From: Candidatus Caldarchaeum sp.
Lineage (GTDB): Archaea; Thermoproteota; Nitrososphaeria_A; Caldarchaeales; Caldarchaeaceae
NCBI GenBank assembly: GCA_038832005.1
Contig: JAWBJZ010000001.1
Coordinates: 1 to 59,356 of the forward strand
Direction: 5' to 3'
DNA length: 59,356 nt
Below, in pieces: positions 43,666-53,106 of this stretch. Positions within the stretch are counted from its first letter, which is position 1. Each line of letters opens with the position of its first letter. The notes below the pieces were generated by a model, which saw only the letters and a list, made by a program, of their open reading frames with translations, made no database searches and was not told where the DNA came from. Made by a program: the position numbers and the translations under genes.

Positions 43666-44883
43666 ATGCCTGTCCGCATCGGTTTGATAGGTAAGACCAA
43701 CACAGGTAAAACAACTTTTTTCAACGCGGCGACTCTGCAGTACGCCGAGGTATCCTCATATCCGTTCACAACGAAGCAGCCTAACTATGGAACTACATAC
43801 GCCATCACACCATGCGTTTGCAGGGAGTTCAACGTCAAAGACAACCCCCGCAACTCTCTCTGCATAGACGGCTACAGACACATACCTGTCGAGTTGATAG
43901 ACCTGCCGGGCCTGATCAAAGGAGCTTGGGCTGGCAAAGGACTCGGCAACCAGTTCCTTTCCGTAGCCTCGCAAGCCGATGCCCTGATACACGTTGTAGA
44001 CGCTTCGGGGAGCGTTGACGAGGAGGGGAGAATAACTAGGATGGGTGTGGGCAATCCGCTGGCGGATTTCTACGACATTCAGGAGGAGCTTGTGATGTGG
44101 CTGATGCGTCTCATCGAAAAGCAAGAGGATAAAATCATAAGAAATCTGAAAGCTGGGAAAGAATTCGCTGAAACTGTTGCGAGCGTCCTTCAAGGGGCTA
44201 AGATAACAGCAAACCATGTCAACGCCGCTCTACAGCTGTCGGGCCTTCAGAACAAGGACTTTGAAAACTGGACGATGCTGGAGGACAAGAAGTTCGCTGA
44301 AAAGCTTCTGGAGGTTTCGAAGCCAATGATAGTGCTTGCGAACAAAATGGATTTGGAGACGGCTGCTGGGAACTTTGAAACGCTTCGGGAAAGTTTGACA
44401 AACTTCATGGTCATTCCCGCAAGCGCCGAGGCTGAGCTGGCGCTCCGAAGGGCTGTTCAAAAAGGGTTCATCAAATACATTCCTGGCGAGGAGGAGTTTA
44501 GAATAGTCAACCCCGAGCAGCTGACCCCTGACCAGAAGAAAGCCTTGGAGTTCATAGAATCCCGCGTGCTAGGCGAGTACATGCGTACAGGTGTACAGTT
44601 TGCGATAAACGTCGCCGTCTTCAAGCTGCTCGGCATGGGCGTTGTTTACCCCGTCTCAGACTCTGCGAAGCTCTCCGACAAGTCTGGAAACATCCTCCCC
44701 GACGCCTATCTGATGCCCCCAAACTCAACCGTACGCGACCTAGCCAGAAATATACACTCCGAGCTGGAGAAAGGGCTTCTTTACGCCGTAGATGTAAGGA
44801 CGGGGCTGAGGCTTCCCGGCGATTACAGGCTGAAGGACCGGGACGTTTTGTCGATCGTCTCAGCCACGAGACGTGCGGGCTAG
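43666..44883 (+). CDS. OBG-HflX-like P-loop GTPase, YchF/Ygr210-type with a C-terminal TGS domain
   Basis: G1 'GKTNTGKTTFFNA', 'YPFTT', G3 'DLPGLIKGA', G4 'ANKMD'. C-terminal 'YRLKDRDVLSIV' is TGS-like. Confidence 0.8.
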   Translation: MPVRIGLIGKTNTGKTTFFNAATLQYAEVSSYPFTTKQPNYGTTYAITPCVCREFNVKDNPRNSLCIDGYRHIPVELIDLPGLIKGAWAGKGLGNQFLSVASQADALIHVVDASGSVDEEGRITRMGVGNPLADFYDIQEELVMWLMRLIEKQEDKIIRNLKAGKEFAETVASVLQGAKITANHVNAALQLSGLQNKDFENWTMLEDKKFAEKLLEVSKPMIVLANKMDLETAAGNFETLRESLTNFMVIPASAEAELALRRAVQKGFIKYIPGEEEFRIVNPEQLTPDQKKALEFIESRVLGEYMRTGVQFAINVAVFKLLGMGVVYPVSDSAKLSDKSGNILPDAYLMPPNSTVRDLARNIHSELEKGLLYAVDVRTGLRLPGDYRLKDRDVLSIVSATRRAG

Positions 44884-45416
44884 GCTGGCTCGAGATAGTA
44901 CGTCAGAAAACCTTCGGGTTCTCTCCTTTTCACCACTAGTTTTACAGGCATGCCTGTTTTGAGCTGTTTGACGTCGTCGACAACCATCCAGCAAAGGATG
45001 TTGAACCCCTCCTCCATTCGGGCGATGGCCACAACGTAGTCGGGGTAGTGCATGTAGCTCACTGGCTTCACGTTTATCATGGTGTATGTCAGCAGACGTC
45101 CGTTTCCCTTTATCTCAACCCATTCCACGTTCTCATCCATGCATGCTGGGCAATCTGCTTGAGGTGGGAAGTAGTAGATGTTCTTGACGGGACAACGTGT
45201 AGCGTAAACCTTACCTTCCTTCAGTCCGTCGAAGAATTTCTTCACCTTCTTGATGGGGAGAAGATATTTCAGCCTCAGCTCTCTCAGGTCAACCCATAAT
45301 GGGTCTCCTGTTTTTTCGTCGGGAACGACCGGAAGCCCTTCGCTCCGTGTTATCTGCTCAACTGTCTCAAGCCAAGTCTTGACCATCTTCTCGATTTCCT
45401 CACGCGAGATGCTCAT
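44880..45416 (-). CDS. DUF35 OB-fold/zinc-ribbon protein (thiolase partner)
   Basis: 'ATRCPVKNIYYFPPQADCPACM' rubredoxin-like knuckles followed by an OB-fold 'GRLLTYTMINV..VVAIARMEEG..VKLVV'. Lies immediately downstream of the thiolase gene. Confidence 0.8.
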   Translation of the reverse strand: MSISREEIEKMVKTWLETVEQITRSEGLPVVPDEKTGDPLWVDLRELRLKYLLPIKKVKKFFDGLKEGKVYATRCPVKNIYYFPPQADCPACMDENVEWVEIKGNGRLLTYTMINVKPVSYMHYPDYVVAIARMEEGFNILCWMVVDDVKQLKTGMPVKLVVKRREPEGFLTYYLEPA

Positions 45417-45420
45417 CTTC

Positions 45421-46623
45421 TCATCCCGTTCGATGCAGGGAGTAGACTGTCACGTAGGCGTAGTGCCCTGTGCCGCCTACGTTGTGAGATAGGCCGTAGC
45501 CTTTCACGATGTCTGCTTGCCTCTCTCGGCGGACTTGCTGCCGGAGCTGTTTCGTTATTTCCGCAGCCATGCTAATGCCTGTAGCTCCGATGGGATGGCC
45601 TTTTGCCTTAAGCCCTCCGTCAAGGTTGACGGCTATCAAGCCTCCTTTGTATGTCTCCCCTTCACGGGCAAGCATAAACCCTGTTCCATGCTTTGCGAAC
45701 CCGAGGTCCTCGTAGGCCATTATTTCAGCTATGGTGAAACAGTCGTGGACTTCCGCTACGTCCAGCTGTTTGAAGGGCTTGGACGGGTCTATGCCCGCTT
45801 TCCTGTAGGCTTCTTCGGCGGCTTTCTTGGCTGCTGCGAGGTTTAGGAAGCTGGGTCGATGGCTCAGGTTTGACGTGTCAGAGCTGTAACCGATCCCCCT
45901 TATCCAGACAGGTGTGTCGGTAAGCTTGCGGGCTAACTCCCCTGAAACCAACACCGCTGCAGCGGCACCGTCGGTGATTGGGCTGCAGTCATAAAGCTTC
46001 AAAGGCCACGCCACATACCTGCTTTTCAAAACATCCTCGACTGAGATTTTTTTCTGGAAAGCGGCTTGCTCATTTAGGGATGCGTAGTGATGGTTTTTGA
46101 CGGCGACGGTCGCCAGGTCGGCTTCCGTGGCACCGTATTCGTTGATGTATGCTGTGGCGTAGAGAGCGTAGTAGCCTGGGAAGGTGAGGCCGAACTGGCT
46201 GAATTCCCAGAAGTAGTTTCCAGCGCGGCCTATGAACTCAACAGCCGTTGGCGTCGGAACCTCCGTCATCTTCTCCACGCCAACAGCTAACGCTATGTCC
46301 ACCGCTCCCGACGCAACCAGTCCATGAGCCGTTGTTAAAGCTGCCGAACCCGATGCGCAGGCCGCCTCGACCCTGTATGTTCCAACTCCCGTGAAACCTG
46401 CGTATTCGTTTACCGCGATGGCTGGCAGCGGCTCTGAGCTCCAGCCCCCCACGTTCGACATGGCAACCATCTGAACGTCCCTCTGCGTCAGCCCTGCGTC
46501 TTGGAGGGCTTGCTTGACTGCCTGCCATGCAAGCTCGGTGAGAGTCATGTCGGTGATGCGGCCGAACCTTGACTGCCCGACCCCGACAATCGCTACATCT
46601 CTCACACTGATCAAGTTTATCAT
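45421..46623 (-). CDS. thiolase (archaeal acetyl-CoA C-acetyltransferase / SCP-x type)
   Basis: 'VAIVGVGQSRFG', active-site 'EAACASGSAAL', 'HDCFTIAE', 'GHPIGATG'. Start set at the ATG at 46623 (MINLISV). Confidence 0.9.
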   Translation of the reverse strand: MINLISVRDVAIVGVGQSRFGRITDMTLTELAWQAVKQALQDAGLTQRDVQMVAMSNVGGWSSEPLPAIAVNEYAGFTGVGTYRVEAACASGSAALTTAHGLVASGAVDIALAVGVEKMTEVPTPTAVEFIGRAGNYFWEFSQFGLTFPGYYALYATAYINEYGATEADLATVAVKNHHYASLNEQAAFQKKISVEDVLKSRYVAWPLKLYDCSPITDGAAAAVLVSGELARKLTDTPVWIRGIGYSSDTSNLSHRPSFLNLAAAKKAAEEAYRKAGIDPSKPFKQLDVAEVHDCFTIAEIMAYEDLGFAKHGTGFMLAREGETYKGGLIAVNLDGGLKAKGHPIGATGISMAAEITKQLRQQVRRERQADIVKGYGLSHNVGGTGHYAYVTVYSLHRTG

Positions 46624-46646
46624 GCACTTATTATGGTTAGTTATAG

Positions 46647-49139
46647 GTGGCTCGGGTTCTGAACGGACTGATGAAGTCTTCGTCAATCGTGGTATTCGAC
46701 CTCGACGGAACAATACTAGAGCTGAACCTAGACCTGGTAACCGCTCGGAAAAAGGTAGCGGAGGTCGCCGACGCTTTCGGCCTCAAAATGATGGACAAGG
46801 AATCGATACAGGAACTGCTTGAGAGGGCGGAGCACGCATTGTCTCCAGACACGTTCACCGAGTTCAGACGCCAGGTTTTAGAGGTGATGGTTGAGAACGA
46901 GAGGAAAGCGGCTGCAGATGCGAGACCACGTGAGAGCATGGTGGAGGTGTTGAACATACTCAAGCAGCACGGCTATCGACTGGCCGTCGCAACCAACACC
47001 CATCGAGAGGCGGCCATCCAATCACTCAACAGGTCAGGCCTGTCAAATTTTTTCGAGACACTTGCTTGCAGAGACGATGTCTCGAGGATGAAGCCTAGGC
47101 CGGACATCCTGTTAAAAGTTTGTGAGAAGACTCACACATCTCCCGCAAACCTCATCTACATAGGCGACAGCATCAACGACTTCAGGGCCGCTGTCGCTGC
47201 TGGAGCCCGCTTCATAGGAATTGAAGGGGGCGTGCACAGCCGTGGCGAAATGATTGCAGCGGGAATTACAGAAATAGCTTCCAAGCCAGCCGAACTGCTC
47301 AACCACTTAGGCGTCGGGACAGAATCAAAGCAGCCGCTCAAGATTGTGCCAGACACCTCAGCCATCATAAATGGAACAGTCAAGCAGCTCGTAGAGTCGG
47401 GTGAGCTTGACGGCGCCGAGCTGACAATCCCCGCCGCAGTTATAGACGAGCTTCAGGCACAAGCCTCCCAGAAACGCGAGCCAGGCTTCATAGGTCTAAA
47501 CGAGCTGAAAAAGATAAGAAGCTTAGCCGACTCCCACCGCATCTCGCTGAAGGTTTCAGGCGAGAGACCGAGCCTCGAAGACATAAGGCTTGCTAGAAAA
47601 GGTCGGATAGACGCGTTGATTAGAGAAGTCGCCAAGAAGGAGAACGCGGTGCTTTACACATCTGACTACGTGCAGGCGTTGGTGGCTGAAACTGAGGGTG
47701 TGGCTGTGAGATATTTTCCGCCGAGCGAGCTGCCAGCCCGAATGTCCTTCGAGCAATATTTCACAGAGGACACGTTAAGCCTTCATTTTAAGGAGGGCGC
47801 TCCGCTGATGGCTAAAAAAGGTAGGCCGGGAAGCTTCCAGCTTGTAACAGTTGACAACAGGCCTCTCGAAGCCTCGGAGCTCAACAACCTCATCAGAGAG
47901 ATAACGGAGCATGCGAGACTCAAGCCGGAGGGAAGCATAGAGATTGTTCGGAGTGGGGCATTCGTGGCCCAGATAGGCAATTACAGGATAGCGGTAGCCA
48001 GGCCGCCTTTCAGCGACGGGGTTGAGATAACCATAGTCAGGCCTATCATCAAGCTCAGGCTCGAGGACTACAAGCTGCCCACCTCGCTGATGGAGAGGTT
48101 TGAGAAACGCGCCGAGGGGATATTGATAGCCGGACCTCCGGGCAGCGGAAAATCAACCTTCGCAGCAAGCCTTGCAGAGTTTTACAGCAGGATGGGAAAG
48201 ATAGTCAAAACCCTCGAGTCGCCGCGAGACCTTCAGGTCGGTCCGGAGATAACGCAGTACGCTCCGTTGGAGGGAGACTTCGAGAAAACGGCCGAGATAC
48301 TTCTGCTGGTCAGGCCTGATTACACAGTCTTCGACGAGATAAGGAAGACGAAAGATTTTCAGATTTTCAGCGACATGCGTTTGGCGGGAGTCGGGATGGT
48401 AGGTGTCGTGCATTCGAGCAACGCCGTCGGCGCCATACAAAGGTTCATAGGCCGTGTTGAGCTGGGCATGATACCTCACATAATCGACACCGTCGTTTTC
48501 CTAGAAGCCGGCAGGATAGCCAAGGTCTACACACTTTCGCTCGTGGTCAGGGTTCCCACAGGAATGACAGAAGCCGACCTCGCCAGACCGTTGGTCGAGG
48601 TCAGGGACTTTATGACTGGAGAGCTTGAGTATGAGATATACACGTATGGTGAGGAGAATGTCATAATCCCCGTGGGGAAAGTCTCCGAAGAGCTGCGTAA
48701 AAGTCTTGAGGAGGTGGAGAGGAAGGTTAGGGATGCTTTGAAGAGGTTTGACGAAGATGTTGAGGTCAAGGCGGTTAGCAAGAACAAGGTTTTGGTGAAA
48801 GTAGACAGAGAGGTGCTTCCTAAAATTATCGGACGGAAAGGCGAGACGGTTAACAGGCTGGAGGAGGAGCTGGGAGTCTCGCTCGACATAGAGCCCAAGA
48901 TAATGACGATAGGCAGAGAGCTTAATTCAGAGGTGGCGGAGAGCGGCAACAGCCTGCGCATCATCGTCGGAGCTGAAAACGCGGGAAAACGCGTCAGCAT
49001 CTATGCCGGCGACAAATACATTTTCTCAGCAACCGTGGGAAGGAACGGCGTAGTAACCGTTAGGAAAAAATCCGAACATGGAAAGGAGTTGGTGAAAGCT
49101 TTCTACGCCGGTGAGAAAATAAGGGTTATTCAGACGTGA
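46647..49139 (+). CDS. fusion protein: HAD phosphatase + PIN domain + PilT-like P-loop ATPase + KH domain
   Basis: HAD motifs 'VVFDLDGT', 'VATNT', 'KPRPD', 'GDSINDF'. PIN acidic residues 'IVPDTSAII', 'VIDELQ', 'YTSDY'. Walker A 'GPPGSGKST', Walker B 'YTVFDEIR'. KH 'IIGRKGETVNRLEEELGV'. One uninterrupted 830-codon frame (GTG at 46647 or ATG at 46671). Confidence 0.8.
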   Translation: MARVLNGLMKSSSIVVFDLDGTILELNLDLVTARKKVAEVADAFGLKMMDKESIQELLERAEHALSPDTFTEFRRQVLEVMVENERKAAADARPRESMVEVLNILKQHGYRLAVATNTHREAAIQSLNRSGLSNFFETLACRDDVSRMKPRPDILLKVCEKTHTSPANLIYIGDSINDFRAAVAAGARFIGIEGGVHSRGEMIAAGITEIASKPAELLNHLGVGTESKQPLKIVPDTSAIINGTVKQLVESGELDGAELTIPAAVIDELQAQASQKREPGFIGLNELKKIRSLADSHRISLKVSGERPSLEDIRLARKGRIDALIREVAKKENAVLYTSDYVQALVAETEGVAVRYFPPSELPARMSFEQYFTEDTLSLHFKEGAPLMAKKGRPGSFQLVTVDNRPLEASELNNLIREITEHARLKPEGSIEIVRSGAFVAQIGNYRIAVARPPFSDGVEITIVRPIIKLRLEDYKLPTSLMERFEKRAEGILIAGPPGSGKSTFAASLAEFYSRMGKIVKTLESPRDLQVGPEITQYAPLEGDFEKTAEILLLVRPDYTVFDEIRKTKDFQIFSDMRLAGVGMVGVVHSSNAVGAIQRFIGRVELGMIPHIIDTVVFLEAGRIAKVYTLSLVVRVPTGMTEADLARPLVEVRDFMTGELEYEIYTYGEENVIIPVGKVSEELRKSLEEVERKVRDALKRFDEDVEVKAVSKNKVLVKVDREVLPKIIGRKGETVNRLEEELGVSLDIEPKIMTIGRELNSEVAESGNSLRIIVGAENAGKRVSIYAGDKYIFSATVGRNGVVTVRKKSEHGKELVKAFYAGEKIRVIQT

Positions 49140-49146
49140 GCGCTTG

Positions 49147-49392
49147 CTATTGTTTCAGCTTACAGTAGGGGCAGATGCCTGCGTCAACCGGTATCTGCTC
49201 GTAACAGTACCAGCAAAACTTTTTCCCAGCATCCGGCTCCACTGACTGAGGTGGTTTCAGGAAAAAACCCAGCCCAACCATTATCAGCCCTGAGAAAACA
49301 AAGATGTATGAGAAAGGTAGGCCGGCCACCGTCATGAAAACCCCGAACAGAAACACTAGGGAGCCGGAGAAGAGTAGAGGTGAACGGCTCAA
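49147..49392 (-). CDS. small membrane protein with a C-terminal zinc ribbon
   Basis: 81 aa; two TMs, then 'CWYCYEQIPVDAGICPYC'. Confidence 0.5.
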   Translation of the reverse strand: MSRSPLLFSGSLVFLFGVFMTVAGLPFSYIFVFSGLIMVGLGFFLKPPQSVEPDAGKKFCWYCYEQIPVDAGICPYCKLKQ

Positions 49393-49646
49393 ACTCTCAC
49401 CTTCCTCTCAACGCCAGCACAGTGGACGACGCCCCTTACCCTTCTTATATGGCTGACACACACGAAGCAGCTTAGGAAAGCAATCTTCGAACCATCCATC
49501 GGACATTCGACGTATTCTTTCTTCATCCTAGACAGCATCTTACCCTTCACCACGCCCTTGATAGCTTCGAGCACCTCCGGATCCGTCTTCAAAGCCTTTT
49601 CGGCAACCTTTACCTCCACAAAAAATCTAGCCTCCAAACCAAACAC
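49389..49646 (-). CDS. small Cys/His-containing hypothetical protein
   Basis: 85 aa, GTG start; 'ECPMDGSKIAFLSCFVCVSHIRRVRGVVHC'. Overlaps the downstream gene by 4 nt. Confidence 0.4.
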   Translation of the reverse strand: MFGLEARFFVEVKVAEKALKTDPEVLEAIKGVVKGKMLSRMKKEYVECPMDGSKIAFLSCFVCVSHIRRVRGVVHCAGVERKVRV

Positions 49647-49717
49647 ACAGCCATCATCCTTAATTTAAACAGAAGCTTGACAACAGCTAAATTATGATGC
49701 CTGTTGCTCCAGCATGA

Positions 49718-51112
49718 ATGAGGGGCGAAAGCCTTACGCTAGCGGGTTTGGCCGCTCAAATACAGTCAGGCTCGCTGACGCCGACCGAGGTTGTCAGCCG
49801 CATACTTGACAGGGTTGAGAAAACAAACCGGACTTACAATGCCTTCATCACCGTCTTGAAGGAGCGGGCCCTCGGCATGGCGGCCGATGCTGAGAAGGAG
49901 ATAAGGGCCGGCAGGTATAGAGGGCCGCTGCATGGAATACCAGTCTCCCTAGCAGATGTCATACAAATCCAGGGGGTTAGGTGTACCGCAGGCTCCAGAA
50001 TACTTGCCGAAAACGTTGCAGAACATGATGCTACGGTCACGGGAAAGCTGAGGGAAGCTGGAGCGGTTATAATAGGAACCAACAACATGGATGAATTCGG
50101 AATCGGTGTCACAGGCTTTAACCCGCATTACGGCCCTGTCCTCAACCCTTGGAACCCGGAATACTTGGCTGGAGGATGTAGCGGTGGCTCGGCAGCCGCC
50201 GTCGCAGCAGGTCTCGCGGCCTTCTCCCTCGGGGTAGACGCAGGCGGTTCGGTCAGGATTCCCGCAGCTTTATGCGGAGTCGTCGGCCTGAAACCGACAT
50301 ATGGGAGAGTCAGTAAGCATGGCATCATCCCAGTGAGCTGGAGCCTAGACCATATCGGGATCCTGGCTAAGACGGTCAGAGACGCTGCCATCGTCTTGAG
50401 AATGGTCGCGGGCTATGATTCCGAAGACGAGTCAAGCGTCTACGTTGAAGTACACGACTATCTAGCTGAGCTAGAGAGAAGCGTTGAGGGTTTGAAAGTC
50501 TGCATGCTGGGGGAGGTTAAGCCCGTCAGCCGTGAAGTAATGAGCAGGCTCAGACAATTCGTCGGGGTGTTGGAAAGCCTCGGGATCACCGTTGAGGAAG
50601 TTGAGCTTGACGCTAGGCAGGTTAAGGATTGCTGGAGCACGATAATGCTTTCCGAAGCGGCGGCCTTCCACGACAAACTCCTTACTACGCGTGAAGGAGA
50701 TTACGGCCGCGATGTAGCTGAAGCTCTGCGGAAAGGAAGCAGGATCACGGCCGTCGACTACATAAAGGCGTTAAAGGAAATGTCAGCGTTAAAGAACATA
50801 ATCCTGAAAACACTCGATAGCTACCGTGCGATAATCTCACCAACCACACCCATAACCGCTGTCAAAAAAGGCGAGGAGTCTGTCGAAATCGACGGCGAAA
50901 AAATGGATGTTTACACGGCTCTGACAAGCCAGACCATGCTGTACAACTTAGCGGGCATTCCTGCGATTACAATACCAGCAGGTCTTTCGTCAGAAGGGCT
51001 GCCGGTTGGAATGCAGATTGCTGGAAGGCTGTTTGACGAAGCCACAATATTGCGAATAGGTCATCAAGCTCTCGAGAAAATGAAAACATCCATCAATTTA
51101 CCGCAGGTCTAG
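49718..51112 (+). CDS. amidase-signature enzyme (GatA-like amidase)
   Basis: 'GPLHGIPVSLAD', 'GGCSGGSAAAVAAGLAAFSLGVDAGGSVRIPAALCGVVGLKPTYGRVS' (Ser-cisSer-Lys signature). No gatB or gatC nearby. Confidence 0.85.
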   Translation: MRGESLTLAGLAAQIQSGSLTPTEVVSRILDRVEKTNRTYNAFITVLKERALGMAADAEKEIRAGRYRGPLHGIPVSLADVIQIQGVRCTAGSRILAENVAEHDATVTGKLREAGAVIIGTNNMDEFGIGVTGFNPHYGPVLNPWNPEYLAGGCSGGSAAAVAAGLAAFSLGVDAGGSVRIPAALCGVVGLKPTYGRVSKHGIIPVSWSLDHIGILAKTVRDAAIVLRMVAGYDSEDESSVYVEVHDYLAELERSVEGLKVCMLGEVKPVSREVMSRLRQFVGVLESLGITVEEVELDARQVKDCWSTIMLSEAAAFHDKLLTTREGDYGRDVAEALRKGSRITAVDYIKALKEMSALKNIILKTLDSYRAIISPTTPITAVKKGEESVEIDGEKMDVYTALTSQTMLYNLAGIPAITIPAGLSSEGLPVGMQIAGRLFDEATILRIGHQALEKMKTSINLPQV

Positions 51113-51133
51113 CCAGAAAACGTCTACCCCAGA

Positions 51134-51754
51134 TTACGTGAACAGGGAGCTTAGGTTTCGTATGATTCCCTTCCAGCCCGATTCTCTTATGATTTTTAGA
51201 GCCAGCTCCCAATTGACCTTGAGAAGCAGTATCGTTATGATGGTCATGGCTACTATGGCTACCGCTGTGGAGACCAAAGTGGCTTCGCCGAGGAACAGCT
51301 GCGAGTAGTAGAAGTATGTTTTTCCCATGTACGCTACAGCGGTTGAAAGGATGAGCTTGCCCAACGTGTTTGCTAGCAAGAATCTCCAGAAGTTCAGCTT
51401 AACCATTCCCGCGGGAATGAGGTAGACGTCGTCTGGGAGCGGCGTGAGTGCGAAGACGAACACGCCGATGTCCCCATATCTTCCGATGAGCTCCCTCAAC
51501 GCATCCATCCTGTTTTTACCTTCTTGGCCGAGGAAACGGTAGCCGAGCCTTCCAAGGAGGTATGAGGTTATCTTTCCGAACGAGCCGCCCAGCCCGGAGG
51601 CCAGCCCCAGAACCAAGGGGTCAACCGTCTCGCTGAGCAAAACAACCACGAAGAGATATGGAACCGGCAGAAAAGGCACCAAGCTACCCAGAAGAGACAC
51701 CGTGAACACGCCTACCGGCCCATATGTTACAGCCAGCTCCTGAAACCAGTTCAA
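51134..51754 (-). CDS. DedA/VTT-domain membrane protein
   Basis: 206 aa; 'VPFLPVPYLFVVV', 'FALTPLPDDVYLIPAGMVKLNFWRF'. ATGA-coupled to the PGM/PMM gene. Confidence 0.7.
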   Translation of the reverse strand: MNWFQELAVTYGPVGVFTVSLLGSLVPFLPVPYLFVVVLLSETVDPLVLGLASGLGGSFGKITSYLLGRLGYRFLGQEGKNRMDALRELIGRYGDIGVFVFALTPLPDDVYLIPAGMVKLNFWRFLLANTLGKLILSTAVAYMGKTYFYYSQLFLGEATLVSTAVAIVAMTIITILLLKVNWELALKIIRESGWKGIIRNLSSLFT

Positions 51755-53106
51755 GCCTCCGGCTTTGCTGCCACCTCCTCGAGTATTAAACGTTCGCCAA
51801 GGCTCTTCAGCTTTTCAAGACTTTCGACGGTCTTCGCCTCCACCGACATCTTTATCTGCGGCATCGTGTTGGAGGCTCTGATGAGCACCCAGCCTTCGTC
51901 GACGTATGCTTTTACGCCGTCCAAACTGCTTATCCTGAACCCCATCTGCCCGAGCCTCTTCCCAATCTTCTCCACAACCTTGAACTTGATACTGTCGGGA
52001 CAGTCATAGACCAGTATGGGCGTGGTTGGGTACGAGGGGATTTCGTCAACATGTCTTGACAACGGCTGTCTGGTTGTGTGAAGCAGCTCCGCCATCTTGA
52101 GGGCGGCGTACAATGCGTCGTCGTCTCCTCCGAGCTCGCCGAAGTAGAGATGGTTGCTTTTCTCGCCACCAAGAACAGCGCCAAGCTCCCTGACTTTTCT
52201 ATGGAGAAAAGCTCTTCCAACCTTCCATTCCACGGGCGTAAACCCAAGCCTTTCAGCCACTTCCTTCAAGGCCGTTGACGAGTTGACATCGTAGACGATG
52301 ACGCCTCTTGTGTTGTATGTTTTGAGCAGCACGGCCATGGCCACGTCGCCGTTGAGCAACCTTCCTCTGTCGTCCACAAAGACCGCTCTGTCGGCGTCTC
52401 CGTCGAAAGCAACACCCATGTCAAAGCCCTGTTCGACAACAAGCCTTCTCAACGGCTCGATGTTTTTATCAGTCGGCTCCGGGTCATGTCCGCGGAAGAA
52501 TCCGTCAGGGATGTCATTTAAGACCTTAAAGTCTATCTCTAGGCTTCTTAGAACCTGTGGAGCCACAAGCGCTGCGGAGCCGTCGCTCAGGTCTACAGCC
52601 ATCCTGAGCCCCGGCATGCGTGGAAAACGTTTGGAGAGATAGTTGCCGTAGACTTCCAGCAGGTTTACCTGAGACGTGCTGCCCTTTCTCGCCACTGGGC
52701 CGTACTTCTCGTTGATAACCATGTCACGTATCTCCTCCATGCCAGCGCCTTCCGAGACGGTTTCGCCGTCTCCGAGAAACATTTTGAAGCCGTTCCACTC
52801 CTTTGGGTTGTGGCTTGCAGTCACCATCACTCCGCCGGATGCGTTGAAATGACGTGCGCCGAAATAGCATGCTGGAGTCGTGCAAACCCCCGCGTCAAGA
52901 ACATCCGCTCCTGAATCATTCAATCCCTCGATCAACGCTGTTGAAAGCTGTTTGCCGCTGAGCCTCACGTCTCTTCCGACTATGATTTTTCCGCCAGCTA
53001 TTTTTCCGAAAGCCCTGCCTATCCTGTAGGCGACCTCCTCGTCGAGGTCTTTCCCATACACACCTCTGACGTCGTAGGCTCTGAAGATGTGCGGTGAAGG
53101 CTTCAT
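51751..53106 (-). CDS. phosphoglucomutase/phosphomannomutase (alpha-D-phosphohexomutase)
   Basis: 'GVMVTASHNPKEWNGFK' phosphoserine loop, 'GVAFDGDADR' Mg loop, 'GGEKSNH' sugar loop. Confidence 0.92.
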   Translation of the reverse strand: MKPSPHIFRAYDVRGVYGKDLDEEVAYRIGRAFGKIAGGKIIVGRDVRLSGKQLSTALIEGLNDSGADVLDAGVCTTPACYFGARHFNASGGVMVTASHNPKEWNGFKMFLGDGETVSEGAGMEEIRDMVINEKYGPVARKGSTSQVNLLEVYGNYLSKRFPRMPGLRMAVDLSDGSAALVAPQVLRSLEIDFKVLNDIPDGFFRGHDPEPTDKNIEPLRRLVVEQGFDMGVAFDGDADRAVFVDDRGRLLNGDVAMAVLLKTYNTRGVIVYDVNSSTALKEVAERLGFTPVEWKVGRAFLHRKVRELGAVLGGEKSNHLYFGELGGDDDALYAALKMAELLHTTRQPLSRHVDEIPSYPTTPILVYDCPDSIKFKVVEKIGKRLGQMGFRISSLDGVKAYVDEGWVLIRASNTMPQIKMSVEAKTVESLEKLKSLGERLILEEVAAKPEA

